Source: Vitrella brassicaformis CCMP3155
Lineage: Eukaryota; Protista; Chromerida
Direction of reading: 5' to 3'
Assembly (NCBI GenBank): GCA_001179505.1
Contig: CDMY01000255.1
Span: 248,001 to 312,000 of the forward strand
Length of the DNA stretch: 64,000 nt
Below the pieces are notes generated by a model. It was not told where the DNA came from and did no database searches. It saw only the letters and a program-made list of their open reading frames with translations. Positions 13,160 through 24,620 of this stretch are shown here, in pieces (position 1 is the first letter of the stretch; each line of letters starts with the position of its first letter). The position numbers were made by a program, and so were the translations under genes.

Positions 13160-14103
13160 GTTTTCTGCGTCGGATGGAAGGCTGCGGCTGATCCGGGGGA
13201 GCTACTATCTGCTGTGGGTGCGGCTGTGGGGGATCGATCGAGAGGGGGAGGGGGTGAAACTGTACGTGCCGCAGAACTATCACTTTGACTACGACCTTAC
13301 TGTGGGCCATCCACTGGAGGTCTTGCTGCCGCTCCCAACAAGGCGTGGCTGTTGGTGCATGCCTTCGGCAATGAGGAGCTCTGTCGCCTCGTCGGCCTCC
13401 CGTCCACCATACACAGCCTCGATGACCAGCACTTGGAAGCCCACCGCCCGACGCCGTCGGGCGATCGTGACCCCGACCACCATCAACAGGAATCGGCCGT
13501 CCGCCTCTGACGTGGACATAGACCATCTGAGAGAGTGGGGGTTCAACGTGGTGCGCCTCGGCCTTATGTGGCCCAGCCGGGTTCAACATACTTTGGGGTC
13601 ATTGAGAGCATAGTGGACAGGCTGTCGAGCAGAGGTCAGTCAGTCAGCCACGAGTGACGCAAACCGCCACGCCTGTTGCCTGTCCATTGGTTGGTTGATT
13701 GGTTGCAGGCATCTACACGATCCTCGATCTGCGCCAGGACCTGTTCAGCGAGCCCTTCTGCGGCGAGGGCATTCCGTCCTTCTGGGTGGAGGAGTTCGAC
13801 CCCCACGGCGTCTACACCAACATGAACGACTTCCCCGCTCCCATCCTGCCGCCATGCCACCAGCGAGGATTTCCCGTCCACCAGCGACTGCGACAACGCG
13901 TTCTTCGTCGAGTACTACCTCAGCCAGCATGTCAGCAAGAGCTTCCAGGCCCTCTACGACGACGTGGCGGGGGCGCAGACGGCCCTGTCAACATGTGGCG
14001 GTACGCGGCCGGCAGGTTCCAGGACAACCCTCATGTGTTGGGGTATGAGCTTATGAACGAGCCGTGGACAGGCCCCACACTACTGAGCCGTGCAGGTCAG
14101 TGA
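13160..14103 (+). pseudogene. Glycoside hydrolase family 5 (endoglycoceramidase-like) pseudogene
   Basis: Motifs DIDHLREWGFNVVRLGLMWP, GIYTILDLRQDLFSEPFCGEGIP, EYYLSQHVSKSFQALY and WRYAAGRFQDNPHVLGYELMNEPW. It is broken by an ~200 bp insertion (~13308-13508) and frameshifts near 13575, 13860 and 13985, and truncated after the NEP acid/base motif. Confidence 0.85.
13378..13490 (+). repeat. ~110 bp dispersed repeat, copy 1 (inside the GH5 pseudogene); copy 2 at 16256-16367
   Basis: ctctgtcgcctcgtcggcctcccgtccaccatacacagcctcga...accaccatcaacagga is shared with few differences. Confidence 0.9.
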
Positions 14104-14594
14104 GGCATCCCCTGCCACCTCGACATCAGCAAAGGATGAGTGGACAGCCCCAGCCGCAGCCACAGCCCATCGATGTTGACCAAGAGCCTGCGGCGGACAG
14201 CAAGAAGGAGGTCGACCCGAGCCCTGACAGCTCATGTCAAGAGCGACAGCAGATGCAGCAGGACGATGAGGCCACAGACGGTGGTCGGGAGAGCGAGTCG
14301 GCTGCCAAGGCATCAGCAGCATCCGCCCTAGTCAAGGAGAAGCAAGCCAAGAAAGACGCCCCCAAACTACCACCGGAGCTCTCCAGCGGCCGCGTCGCCA
14401 GGGGACGAACCAGCAGACGGTCTCCATGACGACAGACACACCGGCATCCGCATGCTCGTAGGCAACACGCAAGACACGACCACACACACGATGGATGGAT
14501 AAGGCTAACCAAGTCCATGTGTCATCGTGTGTGTGGCTGCGTCAGTCGTGATGAGTCAGTCGCTTGACCGCCAGAGTCCCTTCCACGGCGAGTC

Positions 14595-14809
14595 GGCCAT
14601 CACGGATGAGCGGCGCAGCAGCAAGGAGGGAAGAAGCTGACGACGGGCCCACCGACGGCTGCCTGGAAGCGCCGCAGCTCTTAAAGGAGCAGTGGCGTGG
14701 AAGGGCAGCCATGTAGCGGTGGGCGGGGCTGACGGACAGTCAGCCCCCCCGTGGCTAAGGCCCTGAAGGCCCCGCATGTCCACACGCGTGTCCACACGTC
14801 AGCTCCCCC
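14595..14809 (+). repeat. ~200 bp direct repeat, copy 1; copy 2 at 15829-16030
   Basis: gccatcacggatg...cctggaagcgccgcagctcttaaaggagcagtggcgtggaagggcagccatgtagcggtggg...gtccacacgtcagctcccccc occurs in both places. Confidence 0.9.
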
Positions 14810-17800
14810 CACACAAAGAGACGTTCGCACACGACCACCCCCGCACCTCTTCCAGCGACCTCCCCCCTTAGCCACACAGACAGCAAGGAGGCCGGCCTGC
14901 TGCTGGGCGACGGTGGCGTCATCGAATTGGTGGTCACCGAGAGCCATCCCGTCAGTGTCCACCGATGGACACCACCATATGAAGGTGAGGAGGGACGAAT
15001 GACCCAGACCAGAAGATACGCACCGATGGCGCTCTCCCTTGTGTGCATGTCAGGGACGATGAAGCAGCGGAGTGAGGTTTTCGTACGTACCGCTACAATG
15101 ACCTGTTTGAGCTGGAGCGCGTCGAGGCCCTCGACCCGTCCCCTCTGTCGCCCCACACAGCCCCACATAGATCAACTTCGGCCCGCCATTCCCTGACCTC
15201 TTCCGCCTCAAGATCGGCACCGCCGTCAAGGGCAAGGCGGCCTTCGGCGTGGAGTTCTTCCCGATGCCAGCCAACGACATCGACGGCCGTCTGTTGGAGC
15301 TCAAGCAGTCGCTCTTAAGCTCCTGGAGAAGGAGATATCCATGCCGTCAACCTCTCGCTCACACAGATCACCAGCACCCCACCTCCCGTCATCCCAATGC
15401 AGAGCAAGACACCAGCATTCGGCGAGCAGAGCGCCACACCGCGCAGCCCTCCCATGAGCATCCGAATTGTCTAGGCGCCGAAAGACCCCGAGAGCCCCGC
15501 CCGGCTCGCCAAGCCAGCCGTCAGTCCATCGCCCTCTCCAGATCTGCTGTGGACCATCCCTCCCAAGCCCACCGACCAGCAGCTAAGCGGCCCCGAGGCC
15601 ATATCGCCTGAGGATCTTTCGCCTTTGCGTCAGCCGTCCCCCTCCCCTCTGCAGAAGATGGCGGCCATGTCAGTGAGGCGGCTGCGATGGCGGCCGAGAT
15701 CAAGTCGCCCAGGGACTCGATGCAGTCGGTGGCGTCCATGGCCAACGCCATGAGCAGCGGATCGGCCGATGGGGGGCTGCTGGAGATAATTAGGCGGGAG
15801 AGGGAGAAGTGGAGGGGATCACCAAGCGGCCATCACGGATGGAGCGGCGCAGCAGCAGCAAGGAGGGAGAGAGCTGACGAGAGGCCCATCGATGGCCGCC
15901 TGGAAGCGCCGCAGCTCTTAAAGGAGCAGTGGCGTGGAAGGGCAGCCATGTAGCGGTGGGCGTCAGCCCCCAGTGGCTAAGGCCCTGAAGGCCCCGCAAG
16001 TCCACGCGTGTCCACACGTCAGCTCCCCCCGCATGTAGATTCGGATGAGCCGCAACAAGACAACAAGACACAGGGGTGCAACATATCCACGACAGACCGT
16101 AAGCTAGCTGCCAAGACCATCGTACGAGGTGGCGGGCGGGCAGACATCTCTTTATCTGTTGTGACGTCCAGGTTGCGTTTGACGATCGTGTGCGGGTAGC
16201 CCCGTCGCAGTCTGTGACGGTGTCTATGGACCATGAGGCCAGCCCAGGTGGTGTGCTCTGTCGCCTCGTCGGCCTCCCGTCCACCATACACAGCCTCGAG
16301 GACCAGCACTCGGAAGCCCACCGCCCGACGGCGGGGCGATCGTGACCCCGACCACCATCAACAGGAGCACGAAGGGGACCACCAGAAGCCGTCGGCGCCG
16401 CCCGCCACGATTCTGAGGGCCCGTCGCCCGACTCGCAATTGTTCGAGAGCCCATTGCCCCTGCGTGGTGGCGCGGGGGGTGCGTGTGGGAGTGGGGATAG
16501 AGCGGGTGACGGCAACGCAGCAGAGCTGCCTCCTGCTGTCGGGATCTTCGAGCAGTCGTGCCATCGGTGTGAAGTGTGCCTCAACGACGTGCGCGAAGTG
16601 TCACTCAAAGGGTGAGCAACCCAAGCCACCAAACCAAACACACACACACACACACACACACAACACAACATGTTCCCTGACCTACTTGCGTCGTGTGCTT
16701 CTCTAGGTGTGCTGCTCTCCATCCCCGGCCGTCCTTTTGCTGCATGCAGATAACGACCGGGGCCTCCCTCGGCCTGACGAGTCGACGTATCACGAGGATC
16801 GTTTCCCCCAGCCGCCCACGGCCACCCCATTCATGCGGCCCTCATCCGACAGCCACCCCATGAACTTCAGACGCCAACGCAGACTGGGAGGGGGCACCGT
16901 GGGGAGACCCCAGGCAGACAGACAGACAGGGGACACCAATCCCTGTGGGTCCCCCAGGCGGCACTGATACTACCCATGGCGTTGAAGCAGTAGCGGCAGG
17001 CAATGGTGGAGGGGAGCATGTGGACGGCCAGGATGAGGAGGATGTGGATAGCCCTGTTGCCTCCAGCGGCAACGAACGGTTCTACACGGGGACAGAGGCA
17101 AGCGTGCACTGCGTGGCGCGGACGAGCGGGACGGACAGCCTGCAGCTCAGCGACGATAGCGTTTTCATTATGGCTTCCCAAGACGGGCCCCATCTCGTGT
17201 CGACGGGCATCCGTGCGCTGCATGTGTGTACGTTGTCACTGGCTGGCTGGCGGTCTAAACGGATGGATGGACATGGCTGTCTTGTGATGCTGGAAATGAT
17301 GCTGTGGTGTTACATGAAGCGTGTGTGTGATCGATGAATGGATGGATGCTACTTCATGGGGTCGGTCTGTTGCTGCATGGCAGGGCATGACGTGTGAAGG
17401 GCCTGAGAACGGTCTGGATGAGTTCATGCCCGGCCAGTAGCGACGGCCGGCCCATACATACATTCGTTCATGCGTGAGTACATTGACTGACATTTTTTGT
17501 CATGAGTACGTGAAGACTGCCTCCTACTATCTGCCGTGTTGAGTCGCTCACTCACTCACTGACCTGACTGACCTGATGAGACAGAACAGAGATGCGGAGA
17601 GAGGCTGACCTGACAGACAGACACATGTGGGGTACTGACGATGCGAGCGGCGGTGCGCAAAGGGCCGACTGACTGACTGACTGACCTGTAGGCATGTAGA
17701 GTCCTGTCTATTTTGAGCGGCTGAGTGGGTGTCAATCCATGGCATTGCATTTAGCCAGCCTGTACTCGTTCGTCTGTCTGCCGGTTCGGGGAGTGACAGT

Positions 17801-18035
17801 GTGTGGCTGTTTGTGCTGGGTGGAGCCGCTGAAAGAGTACCCTCATTCGTGCGGCTAATCTAAACACATACTGCAAGGGAAACACGGACAGTATGGTACA
17901 GGAGACGATGAATCAACCTGCTACACGCGAGCTTAGCAAGGGAAACGCAAATCTCCCCCCAGATCCCGAGATCTGATCTGCCTGGGGAGATTTGCGCCAC
18001 TGAAGAGGCAGAAGACGCCGGAGACTTCCTCGGCC

Positions 18036-20952
18036 ATGAGCGCATTATCCACCTCACCGCCCATTCATCGCCTTGAACTCATCACCGTCGCCGCTCCGCC
18101 CTCCCTCAGCAGCCTCTTGCATCATACAGACAAGATCTCGCGCGGCCTTCTCGTCGGATGGGCCCACAAGAGCACCGCAATGAGCAATGAGGGGACGGGA
18201 GGCAGTGCCGTGACAACGTGGCACATCCTCGCCGTCTTCACACACGCTGCCGATGTGAGTGAGGAAGGGAATCGTTGGGAAAGGCAGAGGCGAGAGTGAC
18301 ATGGGTTCGTGTGTGTGTGAATGTGCAGGAAGAGGACGGGAACAGGCCGGAGCGGCCAGCAGACGAGGATGCTCGCGAAGTGGACGGCGAGATGGCCGTT
18401 GTCGGCGAGTGGCGGGCGCCAACATCGGCAGCAGACCAAACGGAGGACGGCCGCGAAGCAATCATATCTCACGGTAAGAAGCAGCACAAGACTTAGTTCT
18501 GCACGTCCTTATCTATCGCCTGCTGTGCAGGCTGCCGCTCTCTGCCGTGGTTAACCCTCCGTGTGGCCGCCTCTTGCCACGGTGCAAACGGTCTTCTTCC
18601 TGTACGCGTCGAGTGAGTCAACAGACATCTGCAGCCAAGATATCCTGTAGATATCGTTCTTTTGCTTTCGTTGCAGCTCGTTGATCGTCCCCCAATCTTC
18701 TTCCGACCACCCCGTGGCTGTCATGCCCCCGGATGACCAGTGCAGCATCGCATTCATCGACCCCCAGACCAATCTCACACACTGGCCCTTGACCCCTCCC
18801 AATCCGCCGCCACCTTCCGGCCTATCGCCCCCCTTCATCCCGCCCACCATTAGACGCCATCTGCGCAGCGCCGTCGATTTGTCAGCCAGTCTGGCGACCA
18901 CAGACAACAGCACAGCAACCGTCGAGAGTCCAAGCCCGCCTGCCCTGCTCGGCTGGGAGGCCTTCGTTCTGGTCTGCGGGGCTCGCTTCATGGGCGCTGC
19001 ATCGTCGATATGCTCCAAGACGGAGCGTATCATCCCCGCGTCGCTTCTGGCTGCCCGCGTCAGCGGCTTCTTTGCTTCGTTATCGTGGGACGCACATGAG
19101 AGGGATAAGAGGGCGGCCATCGGCTATCGGCCCATGTGTGTGCAGCAGGCGATGGCCAAGTGGCAGTTGTGCAGTCAGTGGGCTGGAGGAGAGCATCATC
19201 AGAGCGGCGGACGGGAAACGGCCCAACGGATGATCGAACAAGGCATGTAAGGCGACGCACAGACACAGCCACGCAGAAGGACTGTGTGTCTTCGGTATGG
19301 TGTTCTCAGGTGGCGTGATTCTGCCTGGTTGAGTCGGGCGGCCACGAAGGTCTCGCTGCGGTGGGTGGCTCTCGACATGCTCATGGGCATCACCATCGGC
19401 ATGGCCGTCTGGTGCTATGGATCGACACGGGACGGCCCCATACTGTCGACCCTGGCGAGACTCTACGCATTCACCGAACCCGACGGCCTCAGGTAGGCCA
19501 GCCTGCCGGCAGCAGTGGAGAGGACAAGAGCACGAGATGTGTGCATCCATGCCATTCGTCCTCGTGTGCAGGCGTCAGCTGGAATGGTTGATGGTTGCCC
19601 CTCTGGGCGTCAAGGTGAACCGGTCGGTCGGCGGATTCCTCGGCGGACTCATGCTCACAACCATCGAACTATGGTCAGCTGGGAAAGAGAGAGAGCGCAG
19701 AGCGCATCAACGGAATGGGCGCATCCTTCCATTTGAACAGGGGCGATTTGACGGGCCATCTGGCGGCGTACCTGCCGGCACTGGTGAGATTGGTGGGCCT
19801 GTGTGGTGTTGCGGGCCTTGGCGTGTCATTCCAGCTGGCCATGGCCATCGACATCCTGACAATCGCCACACTACACGTACGTACAAGGATGCTCACAATC
19901 GCCACGCTGCACGTACGAAAGGCACCATCACAGCGATGCACCAATGGCCAGTGTGCATCCTTGCATGTGTGTGTTGCGTGTGCGCAGTTGTGTTATATCT
20001 ATGTCGGCTTGGCGCGTCTATGGAGCGTCTCGATCAGCTGCATTTTCGCACTCTCGAGGCTTTTCAGGTGCACTGACCACACAGACACGCACACACACCC
20101 AGACGGAGACCAGGATGTGTCTATGTGTGTGTGTACTATTGGGTGCAGGGGCGTCAAGTGGAATGTGTTGCGCGAGCGCGTGGACAGCTGTGCGTATGAC
20201 CTCGAGCAGCTTATTGTGGGCACTCTGCTCTTCACCGTGCTGACCTGCCTGCTCTCCACACACATGGTCTTCTACATCGCATTCCTCATCATATGGATCA
20301 GGGCATCGGGTCAGCAGCTAGCACAGGCGCAACACACACCCGTGTTATCTTTGGGTATGTATGCATTCAGGTCCCTTATTACTGCTGCAGTCTCTGCTGG
20401 TGGTGGTCAACAGCCTCCCCCTTGCAAGCCTCTCTTGCTTTCAGCCCCCGTGTGCTGTCAGCCTGGCCAGCGGCGAGGCCATTGCCACCGACGGACCCCT
20501 CCTGCTGCCATCCCCAGCACAGCCGACACGCGACGAAGGACATCAGGTGGCCACAGACACAACCGGGGATCAGTCGGGGTGGCCATCGCTGCGACAGAGA
20601 CGACACAGTGGGAATGACCAGTCTCGCCCAGAGACGCAATCAGCTGCCGGAAGCTCTTCCACAGCCGCTTGCCCGCCTCCTGGTGTGTGTGGCGGGGTGT
20701 GTTGGATGATCCGATGTGTGCGGCCGTCCCTGGCGAGACGCATGAGCGCACTGCTGGAGGCCTGGACCCGAACACTGCGGCACGCCAAGGCACACACGCT
20801 CATCAGGTGAGAAAAACGCAGTACATTGGTGGGAGAGAGCTCATGTGTCTGTTGTGTGTGGGCGTGTGTGCAGGTCGTGTTTGTGTGGCCGTGTGGTGTA
20901 TGCGCTCTTCAGCTGTGCAGATGGCATTGCCGTCCTCGCCGAGTGCATTTGA
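18036..20952 (+). CDS. PIGQ: GPI-GlcNAc transferase subunit PIG-Q/Gpi1
   Basis: N-terminal GLLVGW; [20 protein letters not shown]; TIATLH|[12 protein letters not shown]; hallmark [37 protein letters not shown]. About 10 introns. Confidence 0.9.
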
Positions 20953-21168
20953 TCGAGAGAGACTTTAGTTTCGGGAAGCCAATAACCTTGGTACCTACCT
21001 TAAGAGACCTAATCTGTTCGAATGTCGGCTGTGCTGTATGTTGAGAGATGACACGAGCCAGTGCATGACAGACAAGTGAGAAGGCTACGCACAGATGGAA
21101 AGAAATTGTCAGGAGAACCCGGAGGCCACCTCATGCCCCCACTCGATGAACATTTGTCTCTCCGTCAC

Positions 21169-22323
21169 TCACCTCGCCAAAAACGCCCTGTCGATGACGT
21201 CACTCTCGATCTCGAATCGCCGCAGCACAGCACACCATAGGGGCACCGACCCGGGGAAGCGGTCGGCGACTGATGCACGGGCATCAGCAGCAGGTCGTTC
21301 GCTCGTCCACAGCTGGATGGTGCCCGGGCACCATACAAACAGAGAGGCAGCGATCTTCTCGTTGGGTTGGAAGCCGCTCACAATCACACGACGATGGTCC
21401 CACCACAAAGCAGCATTCAGATTGCCCTGATCGTAGCAATAGTCGACGGCGATGCCCAAATCCTCTGTGATGTTGTCGGTCAGCAGACGGCCAAAGCGCG
21501 GGTTATCACGGCCGATGCGTGCAGTGAGCACCACCGTATTGCGAACCACCCCCTGTCTATCCCACCACCAGAAGAGCATCGAGGCCAGCAGGAATGTCGA
21601 GAAGGAGGAAAAGAGCCAGTTGGGTCTTAAGAGCTCGGCTCCTTCGGCCCCGCGGATGACGGGATCGGTCCGCTTGTAGCCGTCAGCGTAGCGATGGCCG
21701 CCCGGCAGATCACCGAACGGCACCACACGAAACGTCACATGGCCGATCCGATAGAGTCCGTCATTGCCGTGCTGCAGCGCCAGGCTGGTGCCTGTGTATA
21801 TGAGCAGGTGGCCGACGGTCTTGTAGATGGCCATGGCGAGGGGCAGCTGGTGGAAGTTCGTTGCTGTGGGCAGCGAGTCGGCCGACAGATGAAGGGGCCG
21901 CGTCGCATCAGCAGGGGTGAGCCGATGGATGAATGCCAGCCGAAGGAATGGACCCATCGCCCGCCACTCCTCGCCACTGCCCCGCTCCAGCAGATAGACC
22001 GCCTTCAAGCCGGCCTCCAGATCATCGCCAATGTCGAAGGCCAACACGTCGGCCAGGCCAAGACGACTGATGGTCTTGTCGATGTGCTGCTGAACGGCGT
22101 TGAGCAGGGTGGTCTTGACGGTCTCCGAAGTGTGGCCCAGTAGCTCCTGTTGCCGAGTGCGGGTGACGATCTGCGAGCGGAGAGCGGCTCGTTTGGCATC
22201 GTCAGTCGACATGGCCATGGCAGCCATCTTGCTGACGGGCAATGACAGGTCAAAGAGGTCGGCGGGCTGGAAGAGGGCAGGGCTGGGGGGACGGGGTGAG
22301 GGCGCCGCACCGGTGGGCTGCAT
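21169..22323 (-). CDS. Uncharacterised ~384 aa single-exon protein, probably a lineage-specific expanded family
   Basis: Uninterrupted ORF with normal globular-protein composition (LADVLAFDIG, VYLLERGSGEEWRAMG, YKRTDPVIR). No recognised domain. Confidence 0.75.
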   Translation of the reverse strand: MQPTGAAPSPRPPSPALFQPADLFDLSLPVSKMAAMAMSTDDAKRAALRSQIVTRTRQQELLGHTSETVKTTLLNAVQQHIDKTISRLGLADVLAFDIGDDLEAGLKAVYLLERGSGEEWRAMGPFLRLAFIHRLTPADATRPLHLSADSLPTATNFHQLPLAMAIYKTVGHLLIYTGTSLALQHGNDGLYRIGHVTFRVVPFGDLPGGHRYADGYKRTDPVIRGAEGAELLRPNWLFSSFSTFLLASMLFWWWDRQGVVRNTVVLTARIGRDNPRFGRLLTDNITEDLGIAVDYCYDQGNLNAALWWDHRRVIVSGFQPNEKIAASLFVWCPGTIQLWTSERPAADARASVADRFPGSVPLWCAVLRRFEIESDVIDRAFLAR

Positions 22324-22592
22324 CGTGAGTGTCTTGAGGCCTCAGGCGAGGGATGGTGCTGAGAGATCTCCAGCCACAGACACAAACAGCTCCTATGTCG
22401 AGATTTACCCGCGTCGAGACGGGATTTTTTTCCTCTCTTTTTTCTCATTTCCTCACGACATCGTTACGACATCGTCACGACATGGTCACGCTCGTCACTG
22501 TACCCTTCGCCTCGCTCGGCTGTGGCGCGTGATCTTATCGCCCGTTGGGCGCCCGTTGGGATGGACCGCCCCCCTCAGCCGCCGTTGCCGCC

Positions 22593-23827
22593 ATGCCGCC
22601 CCCTGAGATGAGAATGCCCTCGCCGGCACCAGCAGCATTAGTTGCAGCAGCAGCGGCGGCGCCGGTCGACCTCATGACGGCGTCCGCCGCTAAGAAGACC
22701 GCCGCTTCGAAGGAGCAGAAAGTTCGAATCGCAGAGGAGGCCCGCCGTAAGTCCCAGGGGAATGCCCGTTAGTCAGGACGCACGAGTGCTGGGTGGGGTG
22801 CGTGTGCACGGCTCTTTCCATGTCTGTGTCGGTTTACGATGCAGGCCTGATAGAGGGGCCGAAACGGCAGGTGGAGCATTTCATCAAAGAGCACCACCAC
22901 TTCAAGGGTGAGTCTTCAGGCAGCAACAGTGGGGACAAAGAACGAGATCCACAAAGAATGGTGTCTGTGTGTCTGTCCGTCCAAGGAGATCGAGGGACAT
23001 GAGTGACCAGCTCTTCCGTGCGCTCGGCAGCATCGCCAAGCTCGAGTACAGACAGGTGCGACCATCCACAGACCTATGTCGTTCGATGCTCTCCCTCTGC
23101 ACGCGATGCGATGTGTCCATCTGCGCATTTCTTGTGCATTGATTGATGTGTGCAGGACAAGCTGGTGCAGCTGGCGAGGGAGCGAGGGGTAAGCAAAGGA
23201 GACAGACAGACCTTCACACACAAGCTTGACGCTGGCACCCCGTACGCTTATCAACCCATCTGGACACATTCATTTGTGTGTATGCTGCCATCCAGAAACG
23301 CATCCGTACCCTCGAAAACGAGCTGCGTGCCTATCGCGACGCGCCCCCGCCCCCCGACGCAGACATGCCACCGCACGAAGGGCCGCCCCCTGACACACAG
23401 AAATCCACAATGGTGTCTGTGTGTCTGTGTGCGTGCAGGGGAGGCGAGGGAGTTGAGGGAGGAGCTCTTCCGTGCGAGGGACAGCATCGACACACTCGCG
23501 AAGAGACAGGTGCGACCATGCACAGTAAGTACACCTATGTCGTTCGATGCTCTCTCTCTGCACGCGATATGTCCATTTGCGCATCGTGCATTGATTGATG
23601 TGTGCAGAAGACGCTGGTGGAGTTGGTGAAAGAGCGAGACGTAAGCAAAGCAGACAGACCTTTACACACAAGCTTGACACTGGCCCCCCGTACGTCCATC
23701 CATCCATCTGGACACATTCATTTGTGTGTATGCTGCCATCCAGAACCACAAGAAGCACCTACACGCCCGTATCGCTGCCCTCGAATTAGAGCTGCGTGCC
23801 TACCGCGACGCACACGACCACTCGTGA
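22593..23827 (+). CDS. Hypothetical coiled-coil protein with a tandemly duplicated three-exon module
   Basis: Exon/intron block ~22950-23400 is repeated at ~23400-23827 (QLFRALGSIAKLEYRQ vs ELFRARDSIDTLAKRQ; LENELRAYRD vs LELELRAYRD), with homologous introns. Confidence 0.55.
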
Positions 23828-24025
23828 CGGATAGTCGTGACATGGCTGGCATGCCTTCGTGTATGTGTGTTTTTGTGTCTGTGTGTTTCAGTGACTACGT
23901 ACGAGGCACTGCACGCTGCATGCCGCGTCGACCCCACACGCCCCGACCACGTGTTCGACGGCAACAGGCTCATCATCGGCAGTCGACGCGCACCGCTGCG
24001 CACCCTGAGGTGGTTCGAGCAGCTA

Positions 24026-24620
24026 TAGCGGTCAGCGATTTCTCTTGGTGCCTTTCGCCTCGGCTGGTGCCGCCAGCGACGAGGGCTATTGACGGCATCG
24101 GACAGGTACGGCTGGACGAGGGCGGAAGGCCAATGCTCAAAATTGACGATTCATTCATCGACTTCTGCAGGCGCCTCTGTGTTGGGCGGGGCAGTCAGCC
24201 CGGCAGGACGAGGAGCGGCTCATGAAACACCTGAAGGAGAAGGAGCAGAGCTTCACCATCATCCTCAAGAAGATCAAGAAGTGCCGGAAGGCCCTCCAAG
24301 CCATCGCTCGTCTCGAGGCGCGGAAGCCCAGTACGTTGCTGCTCTGTGTTGGGCGTGGTGACGTTCACGAGTCGACATGGCCTCTCGGACGGATCCGGGG
24401 GCCCGCCTGGCTCAGCGCATTGGGGCGCGTTTGTTAGGGATGCCGGACGTGTACAGCGACACGCCGGATTTGGTGTGTTGGAAGCTGAAGGCGCTGATGC
24501 ACCAGGAGCCCGAGGTGAGGTGCAGGCAGGGATACACACAGACCGCATGTGGCCGGGCAGCGAGATGCATGGTGTGTGTCCGTCCGTTTGTTCGGTGCAG
24601 TTGCTGTGTGAGTGCGGGGA
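24026..24620 (+). pseudogene. 5'-truncated duplicate (upstream region, exon 1, intron 1) of the gene at 1-618, carrying a 153-bp insertion
   Basis: Collinear with the reverse complement of ~385-810. MASRTDPGARLAQRIGARLLGMPDVYSDTPDLVCWKLKALMHQEPE|gtgag; similarity ends a few bases into exon 2. Confidence 0.85.
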
